Of a stretch of 64,000 nucleotides of DNA, positions 61,003 through 64,000 are shown piece by piece. The stretch's first letter is position 1; every line of letters begins with the position of its first letter. The notes under the pieces are model-generated. The model made no database searches, was not told the origin of the DNA, and saw only the letters and a list, made by a program, of their open reading frames with translations. This stretch comes from Phoronis australis (Eukaryota; Animalia; Phoronida): positions 713,804 to 777,803 of the forward strand of contig NMRA01000101.1 in NCBI GenBank assembly GCA_002633005.1. Direction: 5' to 3'. The position numbers were made by a program, and so were the translations under genes.

Positions 61003-64000
61003 CTGAAATCACCAGCAGCAGAACAATGACAGTAAGTATAACATAATAACAGTAACTGTAACACACGCAGCGAACGATAAATTAAGGTCTTCCCCACACA
61101 AATTTACCTATGTATATGTAGAATTTCACACACTTTTTCTAAAAAACATAAATTACATATATTTTTGTTTGCTCACACAGGCACCCCAAAAGAAAGCACT
61201 GTAAGACATGTCTGAAAAGAAAGTTACTTCATTTCAAACTTCAACCGTGTGGAAAAGGCCTAGGCAAACATACATGCTAGCTTAAATGCACAGGCAAGCC
61301 ACAGGCATACTTTCAAACTGATGAAGAAAAGAACTCGGAGATCTTAGGACATCACATTTAACAAGCAGTCACAGACAGCAATATTCCCGCAGAGTGCTCC
61401 GCACAGAACAGCATTTGCCCTACATGGATACATCAAAAGGACACCTTGAAAGATTTTTTTTGAAGTTTTGGTCGAAGTCTCTTGGGAATGTCCTTGAAGT
61501 TGTGTACAGAAGAGCATTTCCATAGCTTTATGAAAATCAAGAACGGGCAAAAAATTCAGGTAAATAACAGTTGAATCGCACAATGCTGACAATATGTCAT
61601 GCAGCACTTCGTAAGCAAACTTTTTGAACTTTGTTCAAAATTCCTTGTGAACTGTTGGAGTTGCGCAGAAAACAACATTCTTCTCACACGGCAGTGTCAA
61701 CATCACGAACAGTGCAAATTCAGGTAAATGCAGTTGAATCGCAAAATGACGATACACACTACAGCACATCAAAACCCTACTATATTTATGAAAGTCTGGT
61801 CAAACGTTGGAGTTCAGACAGAAAAGCATTATTCTCTGCACGTATAAACAGACTCACGGAAAATTACGCTTACCACTACTACATTCTTTCACAGGGGATA
61901 AAGATGTCTCACTTTTACACAATATAAAACTATATTTTTTATCTTTAGTAAGAAAACCCAATATCTATTTCAAAGAAGCAGACACACACTCCAAGCGCTT
62001 GCTACAAAACGTGAACTACTCTACTATTAAGGCATGGACTTCCTCGTGTCTGAACAGAACAATGCACAGTAATTGCAACACTGCTGTAAACTAAACTAGG
62101 GAAATGAAGCTTAAAACTATGACAAGGAATTACAAACAAAATATTAATAAAAGGGAATCAGGATGGTACTCTTTAACAGCCACATGCAGCAAGTAAATAT
62201 TAGTAAAAGCCAGCAAAGCATGGTTATGTCTTTTGCTGCGTTAAATTAAGACTGACAAGTACAAGAGACAGACAAAACATTCTACTGTACAACTGTCCAG
62301 TTCAGGGCTGACTGCTTCTGGAAGTTGTTTCAATTACATACATGCTCTGACTATCAATACACCTCTACCACAGTATATCGCCAAGGTGCCCAAGTAGTGC
62401 TAATATTTTGAAAAGACACTTTCTGTAATTTGCAACCAAATTTCAATAAGCAACTAGTTTAGTATCTGTAACCACCCAACTATCAATACACAACTAGTTA
62501 TGGATTCCACTGTAACCAAGCAGAGCTGGCAAATAGCCCTTCACCCAATGCAAACAACTTCAGGTTTAATGTCACTAGTAAGAAAGTGAAAACAATACAA
62601 GCAAAGAGATTGAGAATACTAGATACCATAGTTACCAGGGGTCACATTTCCTCAATTTTCCAACCCATGAAACCATATATTTTGAAAAAGATAGTGAGCA
62701 GAGAAACATATTGTGTGCAAGGAAACAGGGTCGGATCATTTAAAGTCACAAGACTAGTAATTTGTTTTCAAGGAGATCGCCATAACTTCCATAATCTGTA
62801 ACTTTTTGCAACAAACTTGTAACTTGTGTTTCTGCATTGTATTAGCTACACAAGAGATTATGAGAATATTTTAAGGCCTCTTAGCCCATCATCTGTCAAA
62901 AATGAAGACTTCAAACAAAATTTTTCACGGAAGGTTCAAGTCCTCATCTTTGAAACCCAGGTTTTCAGGTTAATGAGCCTGAAGGTAAATGTAAAACACT
63001 TAGCCTGAAAAATGGCCAACTTTGGCTAAGTTTGGAATATCATATCTCAGAAATGTTTGATCGGATTCATATGAAATTGTCAAATGCTTTATGCATGGTT
63101 CTCCAAAATGCTGTAAGGAATTGTTTTTAAAATGTTCCACTTTTGCGTGAGGGCTAAACAAAAATAGGAATTTTGTGATTTTATGAAAGAAATCAAAAGT
63201 TGCCTGAAACAAAAATGAAGTGATAATTTTAAAAAATGTTACTGTGTTTTTTATAGAATCAAATTTGGCCGTATTATTGATGTCATTTTTTGCTATGAAT
63301 GTACCTTTCTTTTTTGCTAAATTGCATTTAAGACATGGTCACGGGACACGAGTGGTTGTAGTTTGGTATAAAGTCAAAAATCAAATTCTACAGACTTCTT
63401 ACTGTCACAAGTATATACTTTTATTTAGTTAACGCAGCTTTGGAAATATTTGGCTATAAATTCGTAAAACTTATCGACAAGTCCTTCATACCCTTAAAAG
63501 AAAATCCCAGAAATGCTTTTGTGGAAAATACAAAGAATAAATTAAATTTGTAGGTTTCGAGTGAAAATTTTCACATTAATTTGTGGAAGATAGAATGAAC
63601 TCCGTACAAAACAAGAGCAACGCAGAGCGTTGAAATGCGCCCACAATTGCACCGCATACGGTATCCTTCTAGGGTTGTTTATTGGTACCATAAAGTGGCC
63701 AGTAGAGGGCACATATGTAGTATGTTGTACTTTGCAAAATGGAAAGGCATGGTCACTGTCTCCTCAATAGGCTAGGGGCAAAATGTGAGTGATCTTCATA
63801 ATACAAGCACATCCTATACATCAGTTGCTTAAAGCACCACAGAAACATAGAATTAAAAACAAATTTACCAACATACGAGATTAGCACAGCATTAGAATGC
63901 CAGAAACAAATTTCTACTTGGAACTTTTCCTTCATAGTCACGAAGTTACACAAAGTATACACCTGAAGACCTATGAAAATACAGAGGTCAATGTGAAATA

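Noticed and set aside
62290-63975. Possible further tiny CLIP1 exons (27 nt near 62290-62316; 8 nt near 63963-63970)
   Set aside because: Weak donors (gtacag, gtgtat) and no homology support.

Overview
AT-rich, repeat-laden eukaryotic DNA from an invertebrate animal draft assembly (one 658-nt N gap and four single-N contig joins). The main feature is the 3' part of a spliced minus-strand CLIP-170/restin (CLIP1) orthologue. I traced 22 GT-AG exons by hand from 61002 to the stop at 24610, with consistent phases (about 918 aa in the window). They encode the post-CAP-Gly '[26 protein letters not shown]' segment, a long coiled coil, two C-terminal zinc knuckles and a terminal EETF motif. The CAP-Gly exons are not seen and presumably lie beyond 64000. 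The first 23 kb holds transposon debris: Gypsy pol, a CR1-type LINE tail, a broken THAP-domain gene, an inverted-repeat element with C2H2 relics, and MITEs. Three observations stand out. (1) Tandem duplications repeatedly copy CLIP1 splice junctions, giving arrays of decoy acceptors or donors. (2) A dispersed non-autonomous element is built from about 145-bp subunits, each carrying a CTCF-consensus-like motif, and all copies inside the gene are co-oriented. (3) There are two candidate in-frame 12-nt microexons. The apparent exon duplications at 38-46 kb are haplotype assembly artefacts.
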